Shown: positions 1 to 8,719, numbered from the stretch's first letter. The stretch is 57,646 nucleotides of DNA from Fibrobacteria bacterium (GCA_043766615.1 JAYUHW010000337.1:1-57646), one strand, 5' to 3'. Numbers and translations are program-made. Notes: generated by a model from the sequence alone, not told the origin.

Positions 1-237
1 GCCGAGCTGTCGCGCGTCATCGATTCCGTGCTGGGTCAAATGTCGGAACGGGAAGAAAAAGTTTTGCGCATGTATTACGGCATCAACTATTCCCGAGAAT
101 TCACGTTGGACGAAATTGGCAAGGAGCTGAAGCTCACGCGCGAACGGGTGCGTCAGATCAAAAACAAGTCGCTGCGCAAGCTGCTGCGGTCCAAGGAATC
201 CAAAGACAAACTCATGCCGTTTTTCGCCGAGGACTAA
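1..237 (+). CDS. RNA polymerase sigma-70 family factor, C-terminal fragment (region 4); 5' end outside window
   Basis: Frame 1 is open from base 1 (AELSRVIDSVLGQMSEREEKVLRMYYG...). Region 4.2 helix-turn-helix signature TLDEIGKELKLTRERVRQIKNKSLRKL. TAA stop at 235-237. Confidence 0.8.
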   Translation, partial: AELSRVIDSVLGQMSEREEKVLRMYYGINYSREFTLDEIGKELKLTRERVRQIKNKSLRKLLRSKESKDKLMPFFAED

Positions 238-367
238 GCCTATCAGCGCCCCCAAGGACCTCCAGTCTAAAAACAGGGCTATTGTCCTTATCGCCGCCAT
301 TGCCGGCATACTTGGAATCGGAATCGGTTTTATCTTCGGCTCTTTCCTAAACTTTGGAAAAGTAAAG

Positions 368-1813
368 GTGCGAGAGTCGCCTTTTGGTCTTGAGTCCGGT
401 AGCCTAATAAAACGCGGACGGGATTTTAAAGTCGGCTTGAAATTGGATTCTCTTTCGTCTTCGGCTCTGACCGCTGCTTTAGAAAAAGACCCTGAAAATC
501 CCAGCCTCAACTACCAAGCAGGAGTCGCGTTTGAATCCGCGCGTCTGCTGGACTCGGCCCTTCAGTATTATCGAAAGGCCATTCAGGCCTCGCCTCAATT
601 CGCTTATCCCTATCTCCGCCAAGGCCGCATTCAAATGGCCAAAGGGGAGGTGGGTCCCGCGCGCATGAGCTATGCCACGGCCATCAGCCTTATGGAATCC
701 AGTCCGCAGGTGTATGGGTTGGGTCGGAAGGATTCCTTGGGTAGCGCCGAAGTTCCCCCTTATGATTATTTGGCGACGCTGTTCTATCAAACCGGCTCGG
801 AGGATAGCGCGCTCATGGCGCTGGAATACTCGCAGGAAAAAGGTTGGAAAACGGATCAGATGGATTTGGTGCAAGGTTGGCTGTGGGAAGCGCATGGTTT
901 TTCGCACAAAGCCGATTCTGTATACCGCCGATTGGTTGAGAAGAATCCGGACAATGGCGACTATGCCGAAGCGCTGACGACCCTGGGTTGGAAGCCGAAA
1001 AGCCGCAAAGGCAATATCCGCCCCACCGATGCCGAGGCCATCTTTGCTGTATCCCTTTTGGATCCCTTAGCACGGCACTACAACAAAAATGCACCACTTT
1101 GGATGGCACTCGGCCAAGCTTATTTTAGGCGTGGAATGTTTGGATCCGCAACGGAATGTTTTGATTCCAGCCTGCATCTGGATTCCACTCTGCCCGGCTT
1201 GAACGAAAAACGAGAGGCAGCTTTTAGCGCGCTACTTCGAGAAGCGCCACATGCCTTGACCGAGGCAGAATCTAGAAGTCAGCGCCAGCGGGCATCCGGA
1301 GCCTCCGCGGACGATCAAGCGTCTGTAATCATTCCGGGCACCAACGCGCTGCTTGGAACCTATAGCGTGTCATGGGGCTGTTCTCCAAGTCAGGTGCGGC
1401 AAGCCTACCCAAAAAAAACCTTTGCTACTTTACCCGGGGGTAACCTATTGGATACCTTTGTGATGGATGGTTTCAAGCACGAGTACCTACTGGCCTTTAA
1501 GGAGGGCAAGCTCTGGGGCATTCGGGCAGATGTGACGGACAGTGCGGAATCAAGCGGCGATGTCTTTGGCCGCATGCTGAGGATTAAAACCAAGATCTCC
1601 GGTGAGGGAAAAGGCACGGGTGAAGCCGCATGTTCTGGGTACAAATCTTTTCAGGGCATTATTTGGGAGAATGACGACACCTTTGAATTCATGGTCCAAT
1701 TTGTCGGCAAAGATCATCAAATTCGCCTGGTTCGTTTGGGGGGCGATAGGCTACCTCAGAACCGCCGGCTTTGCGATTTGGCGGAGTTTCTCAAAGACGC
1801 GATGTGGAGGTAG
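368..1813 (+). CDS. TPR-repeat protein (start uncertain; possible N-terminal membrane anchor encoded upstream, see findings)
   Basis: 481-aa ORF from GTG 368. TPR-like stretches, e.g. YQAGVAFESARLLDSALQYYRKAIQASPQFAYPYLRQGRIQMAKGE and WMALGQAYFRRGMFGSATECFDSSLHLD. The C-terminal ~170 aa have no motif I recognise. Confidence 0.6.
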   Translation: MRESPFGLESGSLIKRGRDFKVGLKLDSLSSSALTAALEKDPENPSLNYQAGVAFESARLLDSALQYYRKAIQASPQFAYPYLRQGRIQMAKGEVGPARMSYATAISLMESSPQVYGLGRKDSLGSAEVPPYDYLATLFYQTGSEDSALMALEYSQEKGWKTDQMDLVQGWLWEAHGFSHKADSVYRRLVEKNPDNGDYAEALTTLGWKPKSRKGNIRPTDAEAIFAVSLLDPLARHYNKNAPLWMALGQAYFRRGMFGSATECFDSSLHLDSTLPGLNEKREAAFSALLREAPHALTEAESRSQRQRASGASADDQASVIIPGTNALLGTYSVSWGCSPSQVRQAYPKKTFATLPGGNLLDTFVMDGFKHEYLLAFKEGKLWGIRADVTDSAESSGDVFGRMLRIKTKISGEGKGTGEAACSGYKSFQGIIWENDDTFEFMVQFVGKDHQIRLVRLGGDRLPQNRRLCDLAEFLKDAMWR

Positions 1814-2026
1814 GGTTCTCTGGTACGAGGGCTCTACGTAGATGGGGTCGGTGGGCATCTCCCACCCCCGGCATCGGAAACTCGCGCGTAGATTTTCCCC
1901 TGGTTTAATTTCTCCGAACGCGCTAAGCCAAGTCTGTGGGCCGGGGGTGGGAGAGCCCCCCCGAGCCCCTCTGTGCAGGGCGCCCTCATCCCCGGGGACC
2001 AGTTGATGTGGTGGCGAAGAGACCGC

Positions 2027-2110
2027 GGAGACGGAGATGGAGACGGAGATGGAGACGGAGACGGAGAAGGGCGGAGAGCCGGAGAAGAGAAGAGAAGAGA
2101 AGATGGAGAT
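2027..2110. repeat. Purine-rich microsatellite: (GGAGAY)x7 followed by GAGAA-type all-purine mirror tract
   Basis: Tandem hexamers GGAGAC/GGAGAT at 2027-2068. All-purine run ggagaagagaagagaagagaaga at 2081-2103. Intergenic between convergent genes. Confidence 0.9.
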
Positions 2111-2162
2111 TCTTTGCTTTTCGAATTTGCCGCGGGGGAATGCGCGCGGCAGGGGGTCTTTT

Positions 2163-2223
2163 GGGAGTGGGAGTGGGAGTGGGAGTGGGAGTGGGAGTGG
2201 GAGTGGGAGTAGGGGAAGGGGGG
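2163..2223. repeat. Perfect (GGGAGT)x8 tandem repeat plus AGGGGAAGGGGGG, G-quadruplex-type motif
   Basis: Eight exact GGGAGT units at 2163-2210, then G4 and G6 runs to 2223. Base 2224 is the first base of the tpx stop codon on the minus strand. Confidence 0.95.
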
Positions 2224-2724
2224 TTACTTTAATGCGTTTATGGCTGAGGTGTAATCGGGTTCTTGGGAGGTTTCGGGAACTTGTTCGGTGTAAATGACTT
2301 TGCCCTTTTCGTCTAGGATGACTATTGAACGGGACATTAAGCCCTGCAAGCCACTGTCAACGATGCGCACGCCGTAAGCGGTGCCGAAGTTGGGATCGCG
2401 GATCAAGGAAGTTGTGAGCACTTTTTCAATGCCTTCTGCGCCGCAAAAGCGTTTCAATGCAAAGGGTGTATCCATGGAGATTCCCACCACGACGGTATTG
2501 GTTAGCTCGCTGGCTGTTTGATTGAATGCCCTGACTGACATGGCACACACGCCGGTATCAATGCTTGGATAGATATTGAGGACTACTTTTTTGCCGGCGA
2601 AATCCTTTAGTGTTTTTTCTTCCAATGCGGCTGTTGTTAGGTTGAAATCTGGGGCTTGGCTGCCGATAGCGGGAAGGCTGCCGGAAGTGTGGATTGGGTT
2701 GCCTTTGAGTAATATTTGAGACAT
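2224..2724 (-). CDS. tpx: Thiol peroxidase (atypical 2-Cys peroxiredoxin, Tpx)
   Basis: 166 aa. N-terminus KGNPIHTSGSLPAIGSQAPDFNLT and peroxidatic Cys context YPSIDTGVCA are classic Tpx. The size is right. Confidence 0.9.
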   Translation of the reverse strand: MSQILLKGNPIHTSGSLPAIGSQAPDFNLTTAALEEKTLKDFAGKKVVLNIYPSIDTGVCAMSVRAFNQTASELTNTVVVGISMDTPFALKRFCGAEGIEKVLTTSLIRDPNFGTAYGVRIVDSGLQGLMSRSIVILDEKGKVIYTEQVPETSQEPDYTSAINALK

Positions 2725-2752
2725 AGGGTACTCTTTCTGTGAAGTGAATTGA

Positions 2753-2773
2753 TAATCTAACTCAATAACTATT
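2753..2773. promoter_or_regulatory. Copy 1 of a shared 21-nt element TAATCTAACTCAATAWCTATT, about 30 nt upstream of the tpx start
   Basis: 20/21 identity with 4465-4485. Lies in the tpx 5' intergenic region, in the same absolute orientation as copy 2 and therefore inverted relative to tpx. Confidence 0.3.
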
Positions 2774-3113
2774 TTTGGGAGTGTCGTTGGAAGCCGGTGG
2801 AGGACAGAATGGAAGCGAAGCAGAAATTAAAAACGGCCGGGCAGGTGCTTTTGAGTGGGGCAGACTTTATGACATGCCAAGTAACTAGACTTGAAGGAAG
2901 GCGATGTCGGCCTACCAAAAAAAATGCTGATCGGTCTGAATGTCTTTTTAGAAAATTAATCCTTGAAGAGAGCGGTTCAAAACGCGTGTTAAAATGAGTG
3001 CCCGATCGGCTTTTTCCATAGCTTTTGTCGGATGCGCCAATGTAACCCGGCAAGATAGGATTTGTCCTGGAGCGAAATACAACCAGAAAAAAATCAAACT
3101 TGGAAGCCGCAAT

Positions 3114-4217
3114 TTAGAGCACGGAAACCTTTTGTACTCGATCGCCAGCCGCGGTATGGATTTTCACCCAATACATGCCGGCCTGGAATCTACCCGAAAA
3201 ATCGTATAGCTTCGCTTGATTGCTCGAGTCCTTGGCTAGAATCTTTCCGGTTAGGCTGGTAACGGTGATCGTGTGAGGGACATTCTTGGTGAAATGGACT
3301 GTAAAGCCTCCATAGGTGTTTTTTAGCGCCGCTGCGGAAAACTCAATATCTTTGGCCAAGGAGATGACGGAAGCTTCTCGCGCAGGGCCCGCAGTCCATT
3401 TAAGGGCTCCGGCAAAATGTTTAATCACATCGGTATTCTGAAGAGTCTCAGGGTCATGACCAAGAGTCGTCATAAACATGCGAGCTTTTTTTGTGGTGCC
3501 TCTCCAAGAAATGCATACCGCCTGTTCCGTATCGGATTTATTCAAGTAGAGAACCGTTGATATATTGGGGGAATTGTATGGATTTAACTTCCAATTAAAA
3601 AATTCAGTATTCCATTTAAAACCATTTACACCTTCGAGTGCGACGTCATCGGCTTTGACCCCTTTTCCTGTTGGGAGATTAGTACTTGGCAGGTAGTCAT
3701 AGGCTCCCCACCCCGTGCGATCATAATCCGCCCCTATCCAATCGGAATACCATTTCCATTTGCTGAGCTGGAGTGTAACACTCCCATGCCATCCGATAAC
3801 GCCGCCCTGGCTCTTTCCATCGGTCCCTGTAAAGGTCTCCACGTACCATTTAAATGCTGCTTGTTGAGAGGAGTCTAAAACCTGTGGCAACTCTTCCACA
3901 TTGTTCAAAATAATCACGTCATACTTGGCCAAATTTGTTTGCGTAAACAGCTTGCCATCCCTCACATGGGTTAGGGTAAATCCACTGTCACTAGCGAAAT
4001 TATCCATCATTATGACGCCTTCCGGAATTGACGAATGATAGTGGCCTTGAGATTGATCCAGTTGCAGGGCGTTAAAGCCCTTGGAACCGATTCCCATTCT
4101 CCATTTTGCTCCTGTCTGTGATAACGATGGAATTGCAAACAGGATAGTATACAGGACAACCTTCAATATGATCAATTTTGCATCCATAGAGTGGCAGCCC
4201 TTCATTTCCTGTTGCAA
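3114..4217 (-). CDS. Secreted ThuA-like (GATase1-like fold) protein with a C-terminal T9SS-type sorting domain
   Basis: Signal peptide if started at MDAKLIILKVVLYTILFAIPSLSQ (alternative start near 4187). ThuA-like blocks YDVIILNNVEELP, GGVIGWHGS and ISWRGTTKKARMFMTTLGHDPETL...ALKWTAG. The C-terminal ~70 aa end GMYWVKIHTAAGDRVQKVSVL, resembling Por/T9SS C-terminal domains. Confidence 0.55.
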   Translation of the reverse strand: MQQEMKGCHSMDAKLIILKVVLYTILFAIPSLSQTGAKWRMGIGSKGFNALQLDQSQGHYHSSIPEGVIMMDNFASDSGFTLTHVRDGKLFTQTNLAKYDVIILNNVEELPQVLDSSQQAAFKWYVETFTGTDGKSQGGVIGWHGSVTLQLSKWKWYSDWIGADYDRTGWGAYDYLPSTNLPTGKGVKADDVALEGVNGFKWNTEFFNWKLNPYNSPNISTVLYLNKSDTEQAVCISWRGTTKKARMFMTTLGHDPETLQNTDVIKHFAGALKWTAGPAREASVISLAKDIEFSAAALKNTYGGFTVHFTKNVPHTITVTSLTGKILAKDSSNQAKLYDFSGRFQAGMYWVKIHTAAGDRVQKVSVL

Positions 4218-4464
4218 TTAAATTCCCATACTTCTTAATTTATTCACTAAAGTGCCAAAAGTCGATAACCTTAATCGAAAATACTGCGACTCGATTGAAG
4301 AATCAATAACTCATTGGCTCGATTTACGAGAGGTCGTTAGCATCTTGGAGACATCTAAGGCCTTTTCCTGAGATTAATCGGGCTCCGATTGTTTTAAAAT
4401 CCGCAGTTATTCTCTTTCGCGTACTCCGCTGAATCATGGGATAAACTTTCTGTTGCCGATTTTT

Positions 4465-4485
4465 TAATCTAACTCAATATCTATT
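4465..4485. promoter_or_regulatory. Copy 2 of the shared 21-nt element TAATCTAACTCAATAWCTATT, 19 nt upstream of the SDR start codon
   Basis: 20/21 identity with 2753-2773. A partial third match (TCAATAACT) lies near 4305-4313. Confidence 0.3.
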
Positions 4486-4503
4486 CTTAGAGCAAGGAGC
4501 GGC

Positions 4504-5373
4504 ATGAAAGAAAAGCAGGATTTAAAAATGGTCGGGCGCGTGCTTTTGACGGGGGCGGGATCGGGGATTGGGTTGGCTACGGCTTATTTGTTGGCGGAGC
4601 ACGGGTATACGGTGGTAGGCACGGCGCGGCGTCCGGAAGAAGTGCGGAAGCAGTTGCAACTGGAGAATGGGGCTGAGCCACCATTTGAGCTGGTGGAGAT
4701 GGATTTGTCAGATCCGGCTTCGGTGGACAAGGGGTATGCTTTGGCGCTGGACATTTTGGGAGGTGTGGATGTGCTCATCAACAATGCCGGGCAAGGGGAG
4801 CTGGGGGCGGTGGAGGATACGGATTTGGAGGACAGTCGGCGGCTGTTTGAGGTGAATTATTTTTCCGTAGTGAGGCTGGTCAAGCATGTGTTGCCGGGAA
4901 TGCGGGAGCGGGGCGCGGGTATTATTTTGAATCTTGGATCGATTGTGCATGATTTGCAATTTCCTTTTAAGGCCCAGTATTGTGCCAGCAAGTCTGCGCT
5001 GACGGGATTTAGCTTGGCGCTGCATTATGAGGTGCACGCCTATAATATTCGTGTGCATGTGTTGGAGCCGGGTTGGGTGCGGAGTGCATTTCATCGTCGG
5101 CTTAAGGCGGTGGTAAAACCCGGCAGCCCTTATGCTGCAAGGCTGAAACCATTTTTGAATTTCTCGCGCGATTCCAATCCGGCCATTCCGGATGGGAAGG
5201 CGGTGGCGGAAGTTTTGGTTGAGGTTCTTGAAAATCCCCGAGCGGCGGTTAGGGTGGCGGTGGGCCGAGAAGCGAAAAAATTTCGTTTTGTGAGGCGGTT
5301 TTTGACCAATAGAATGCTGGATCGGTTACTGCTTTGGAAGCTATCGAAAAAGGGCGACCAGGCGCCGCTCTGA
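4504..5373 (+). CDS. Short-chain dehydrogenase/reductase (SDR) family oxidoreductase
   Basis: TGAGSGIG Rossmann motif, NNAG, and catalytic YCASKSAL (YxxxK). AGGAG Shine-Dalgarno sequence upstream. Confidence 0.85.
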   Translation: MKEKQDLKMVGRVLLTGAGSGIGLATAYLLAEHGYTVVGTARRPEEVRKQLQLENGAEPPFELVEMDLSDPASVDKGYALALDILGGVDVLINNAGQGELGAVEDTDLEDSRRLFEVNYFSVVRLVKHVLPGMRERGAGIILNLGSIVHDLQFPFKAQYCASKSALTGFSLALHYEVHAYNIRVHVLEPGWVRSAFHRRLKAVVKPGSPYAARLKPFLNFSRDSNPAIPDGKAVAEVLVEVLENPRAAVRVAVGREAKKFRFVRRFLTNRMLDRLLLWKLSKKGDQAPL

Positions 5374-5415
5374 GGCTCGATTGGGCGCAGCCAAGTGGAT
5401 TAGTGAGTGTGGTGC

Positions 5416-5787
5416 TTACGGCTGATTCAAAAAGGCGTGTACGTCGGCGATGTTTTCTTCCGTCAGCGGCAGCTTCGGCATCATTTTAGTGGAACGTTTT
5501 GGAGAGTAACCGGGCGGGTACTCGGCGCGTAGCACGCGGGCTTGCAGGAGTTCCAGCGAGGAGCCTTTGATGGCCGGCCCAATGCTTCCATCCGCGGCGG
5601 GATTGGGATTGTGGCAAGCGATGCAATGGGCAAAATACACCTGACGACCACGTCGGGCTTTTGGATCGACATTGGGATCTTGTTTATTACAGGCCGTTTC
5701 AATTTGCAGGACACTGGCAACCAGGGCGCTTATGAAAAAGATCCGCCGTGCGGCGGATCCTAAATACGAAACAGTGTGTGCAAACAT
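5416..5787 (-). CDS. Class I c-type cytochrome (exported)
   Basis: Single CIACH haem-binding motif (CxxCH), a downstream Met-containing region (MMPKLPL) and an N-terminal hydrophobic signal. Confidence 0.8.
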   Translation of the reverse strand: MFAHTVSYLGSAARRIFFISALVASVLQIETACNKQDPNVDPKARRGRQVYFAHCIACHNPNPAADGSIGPAIKGSSLELLQARVLRAEYPPGYSPKRSTKMMPKLPLTEENIADVHAFLNQP

Positions 5788-5792
5788 TGGGT

Positions 5793-6497
5793 TTAGAGAA
5801 TGAGTTCCGCTGCCACGTAGAAGACCACGGCAAAGAACAAACCCATGTGGATGACGCCTTTGACCGTTTCAATAGGCTTCTTCATTGGGCCTTTATCGCC
5901 GGTTAGTGCATTGATTTCCAGAAGTGCGACGATGGCGACCACAAAGCCAAACCAAATGGCCACGCGCGTGGGATCAACGGCGATAGGCAGATGGCTAGCG
6001 GCGGCCATGAAAAAGAGTAGAGGAATGGATAGCATGGTATTGGTACGGGATGCCAAAAAGGCGCGCCGCGCCAGGGCTGGCAGATTGTCAACCTTTTCAC
6101 CGTTAGCGGAGGCGATGACTTTTTTTTGACGGGGCCAGATGACGAACCAGACGTTGAACCACATCACCGAACCCATGATGGCACCGGTCAAAATGGTGGT
6201 GCCCCAGCTGCTGTTGAGAAGGGCGGATGCATCTGCTCCAGCGAGACCGAATTTGATGAGGATGATGGACCAGCCGGTGATAAAGGTCCACATGGCGCCG
6301 TGTCGGAAGTAGAAAAGTGCGCGCGGGACCAAGCCTTGTGTGATGGCGGTTTTGGTGGGCGCCTCGGCTTTGGCCATGAATGGACCCTGCACGAAATTGA
6401 AATACCACAGCATGCCTATCCAGGCAATGCCGAAAATGAAATGGCCCCAGCGTAAAAGAAAAAGAAGTCCGTCCAAATTGCATAGCGCCCAATTCAT
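5793..6497 (-). CDS. Polytopic membrane protein resembling the membrane domain of urate hydroxylase PuuD
   Basis: LLRWGHFIFGIAWIGMLWYFNFVQ matches from memory the PuuD N-terminal signature. About six TM segments. Sits 5 nt upstream of the cytochrome c gene. Confidence 0.5.
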   Translation of the reverse strand: MNWALCNLDGLLFLLRWGHFIFGIAWIGMLWYFNFVQGPFMAKAEAPTKTAITQGLVPRALFYFRHGAMWTFITGWSIILIKFGLAGADASALLNSSWGTTILTGAIMGSVMWFNVWFVIWPRQKKVIASANGEKVDNLPALARRAFLASRTNTMLSIPLLFFMAAASHLPIAVDPTRVAIWFGFVVAIVALLEINALTGDKGPMKKPIETVKGVIHMGLFFAVVFYVAAELIL

Positions 6498-6596
6498 GTC
6501 ATGCTCCTGATTTCGGAAGCGAACAGCCGTTCCGATTTATTAAAGGAAAATATATATAAAATAGGTGAAGGTTGGGAAATTGGCTATAATACGAGC

Positions 6597-7973
6597 ATGA
6601 AATCCTTCCTCTCGGGTTGGGGCCGACAACCTATTCTGCCGGTTGAGGAAGAAATTCCCGAAAATTCAGGTGGCCTTGGTGCCATGCTCCAGGAGCCTTA
6701 TTTGGCCCGAGGTCTGGGGCGCAGCTACGGTGATGCGTCTCTTCCGGCCTCTGGTCATCGGTCCATAAACAATAAAAAGATCGACCGGTTCATTTCTTTC
6801 AATCCCGCCACCGGCGTTTTGGACGCGGAGGCGGGGGTGAGTCTATCCGCAATACTGTCCATTGCGATTCCGCGCGGTTATTTTCTACCGGTTACACCGG
6901 GTACTCAGCATGTGAGTTTGGGCGGGGCTTTGGCGAGCAATGTTCATGGAAAAAACCACCATAGAGTGGGGTCGCTGGAGCATTTTGTTTTGGAGATGGA
7001 GGTGTGCACGCCCACGGGAACCTGGATCTGTTCTCGGGAAAATCGGCTCGACCTCTTCCAGGCTACGCTCGGTGGATATGGGCTTACCGGCTATATTACC
7101 CGTGCCAAGCTTCGGCTTAAATCTATAGCCACATCCGATGTGGACGTATTGCGGGTACGGGCCGATAATTTGGATGCTCTCTTTGCGCTTTTCGCCCAGC
7201 ATGACAGCACCTTTGAATATTCCGTAGCCTGGCTCGATTGTTTGGCACGCGGACCTTCATTGGGTAGGGGTGTGCTCATGTTAGGCAATCATGCGAATGG
7301 GAATGCCGGGTTCACTGGGAATGCCGAGTCTATCGGGAGTGCCGGGACCAAACAGAGTTCGCGATTCAAATGGAGTATGGATCAGTGGAAGCTGAATGTT
7401 CCGTATCCCATGCCGCGTTTTCTGCTCAATCGTCCCGGCCTAGTTGCTTTCAATAACCTGTTCTTTAAGCTCGCGCCCAAGCAGGCCCAGGTGAGGCGCG
7501 AAGGATATCGAGGATTCTTTTATCCATTGGATCGCATAGAGAATTGGAATCTCCTGTATGGCAAATCCGGATTCTTCCAGTACCAATGTGTCATCCCCGA
7601 CCCAAAGGGTGAGGAGGGCATCCGGGCCTGTGTCCGCTTTTTGAGTGACAACCGGCTCGGAGCTTTTCTTTCTGTGCTCAAGCGCTGTGGCGACGATGAG
7701 GTGATGTTACCTTTTTGTCGACGAGGATACACCTTGGCACTGGACATTCCCTATCGCGGGAAGGAAACTTTGCGGTTACTGCACCTACTCGATGCTGTGG
7801 TCCTTGATTTTAAAGGACGCGTTTATCTGACCAAGGACGCTCGGTTGTCACCGGATACTTTTCGCGCCATGTATCCGGAAAGTGCGGCCTGGATGACGAC
7901 GGTCAGGCGTTATAATCCCGAAGCCAAGTGCAATTCACGAATGGCGGAGAGGCTTGAATTGTGGAAAGGATAG
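6597..7973 (+). CDS. FAD-dependent oxidoreductase, DprE1-like (decaprenylphospho-beta-D-ribofuranose 2-oxidase family)
   Basis: MKSFLSGWGRQP... and ARGLGRSYGDASL match the DprE1 N-terminal and FAD-binding signatures. I prefer ATG 6597 because the ORF-track start at 6501 leaves no room for the divergent promoter. Confidence 0.75.
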   Translation: MKSFLSGWGRQPILPVEEEIPENSGGLGAMLQEPYLARGLGRSYGDASLPASGHRSINNKKIDRFISFNPATGVLDAEAGVSLSAILSIAIPRGYFLPVTPGTQHVSLGGALASNVHGKNHHRVGSLEHFVLEMEVCTPTGTWICSRENRLDLFQATLGGYGLTGYITRAKLRLKSIATSDVDVLRVRADNLDALFALFAQHDSTFEYSVAWLDCLARGPSLGRGVLMLGNHANGNAGFTGNAESIGSAGTKQSSRFKWSMDQWKLNVPYPMPRFLLNRPGLVAFNNLFFKLAPKQAQVRREGYRGFFYPLDRIENWNLLYGKSGFFQYQCVIPDPKGEEGIRACVRFLSDNRLGAFLSVLKRCGDDEVMLPFCRRGYTLALDIPYRGKETLRLLHLLDAVVLDFKGRVYLTKDARLSPDTFRAMYPESAAWMTTVRRYNPEAKCNSRMAERLELWKG

Positions 7974-8719
7974 TCGTTTTCGGAGCGACCTCCGGTATCG
8001 CCTCGGCTGTATCTCGGGTTTTAATGGCCGAGGGTCAGGACCTGGTGTTGATTGGTCGATCGCAAGCGGCTTTGACAGCTTTAGCCCTTGAATTGGAAAA
8101 GGTGTCGGGTCGTTCCGTACCTTACCTTGTCTGGGATGTGCTCGATTTTGCGGAGCATGATGCAAGGTTCCGGGACTTGATCGCGGCGCATGCGGTGAAG
8201 GGGTTATTTTTTGCCGCGGGTGTTTTGATCTCTCAAGAAGAATGCGATCGGGAACCGGCCAAAACTCGCCTCACGATGGATTCTAATTTGACGGGTCCCG
8301 CTATGATTATCGGGCTGTTCGCCGAGTATTTTTTGGCGCAGAAAATGGCAGAACACGGTTCAAGGAAAACGGAACCTTTCATTAGCTGCATCTCTTCTGT
8401 AGCCGGAGATAGAGGCCGAGGTAAAGTGCTAGCCTATGCGGCCTCCAAGGCCGGTTTATCCGCCTATCTGGCTGGTCTTCGGCATCGACTTGCTGGCAGT
8501 GGTGTTTTGGTGCAAACCATCAAACCTGGTTTTGTCCAAACGCGGATGGTGGGAACCCTGAAAAGCCCGCTCATGGCCAAACCGGAACGAGTGGCGATGG
8601 AAATCGTCCGATCGCTTCGACAGCGGCGCGAAGTTGTGTACACCCCATTTTATTGGCGGTACATTATGGCAATCATAAAGTCCATTCCCGAACCTGTTTT
8701 CAAAAGGCTTAAGCTGTGA
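7961..8719 (+). CDS. SDR, DprE2-like (decaprenylphospho-2-keto-ribofuranose reductase family)
   Basis: GTG start overlapping the upstream gene by 13 nt. VVFGATSGIA Rossmann motif and YAASKAGL (YxxxK). Position between the DprE1-like and UbiA-like genes. Confidence 0.7.
   Translation: MERIVVFGATSGIASAVSRVLMAEGQDLVLIGRSQAALTALALELEKVSGRSVPYLVWDVLDFAEHDARFRDLIAAHAVKGLFFAAGVLISQEECDREPAKTRLTMDSNLTGPAMIIGLFAEYFLAQKMAEHGSRKTEPFISCISSVAGDRGRGKVLAYAASKAGLSAYLAGLRHRLAGSGVLVQTIKPGFVQTRMVGTLKSPLMAKPERVAMEIVRSLRQRREVVYTPFYWRYIMAIIKSIPEPVFKRLKL

Noticed and set aside
1936-2297. Three overlapping plus-strand ORFs translating to RRRW..., DGDGDG/EWEWEW and GSGSGS low-complexity peptides
   Set aside because: They are the three reading frames of the same hexamer microsatellites. 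All three frames are open only because the repeats lack stop codons, and there is no start context or domain.
2797-2997. 66-aa ORF in the gene-less stretch between tpx and the ThuA-like gene
   Set aside because: No Shine-Dalgarno sequence, no recognisable motif, a basic low-complexity composition, and overlapping ORFs in other frames. I kept only the note that a promoter-like TATTTTTG points into this region.
4251-4257. Perfect TTGGCAC (-24-like) on the minus strand upstream of the ThuA-like gene
   Set aside because: The -12 position reads TGAAT with no GC dinucleotide at the required spacing, so it is not a credible sigma-54 promoter.
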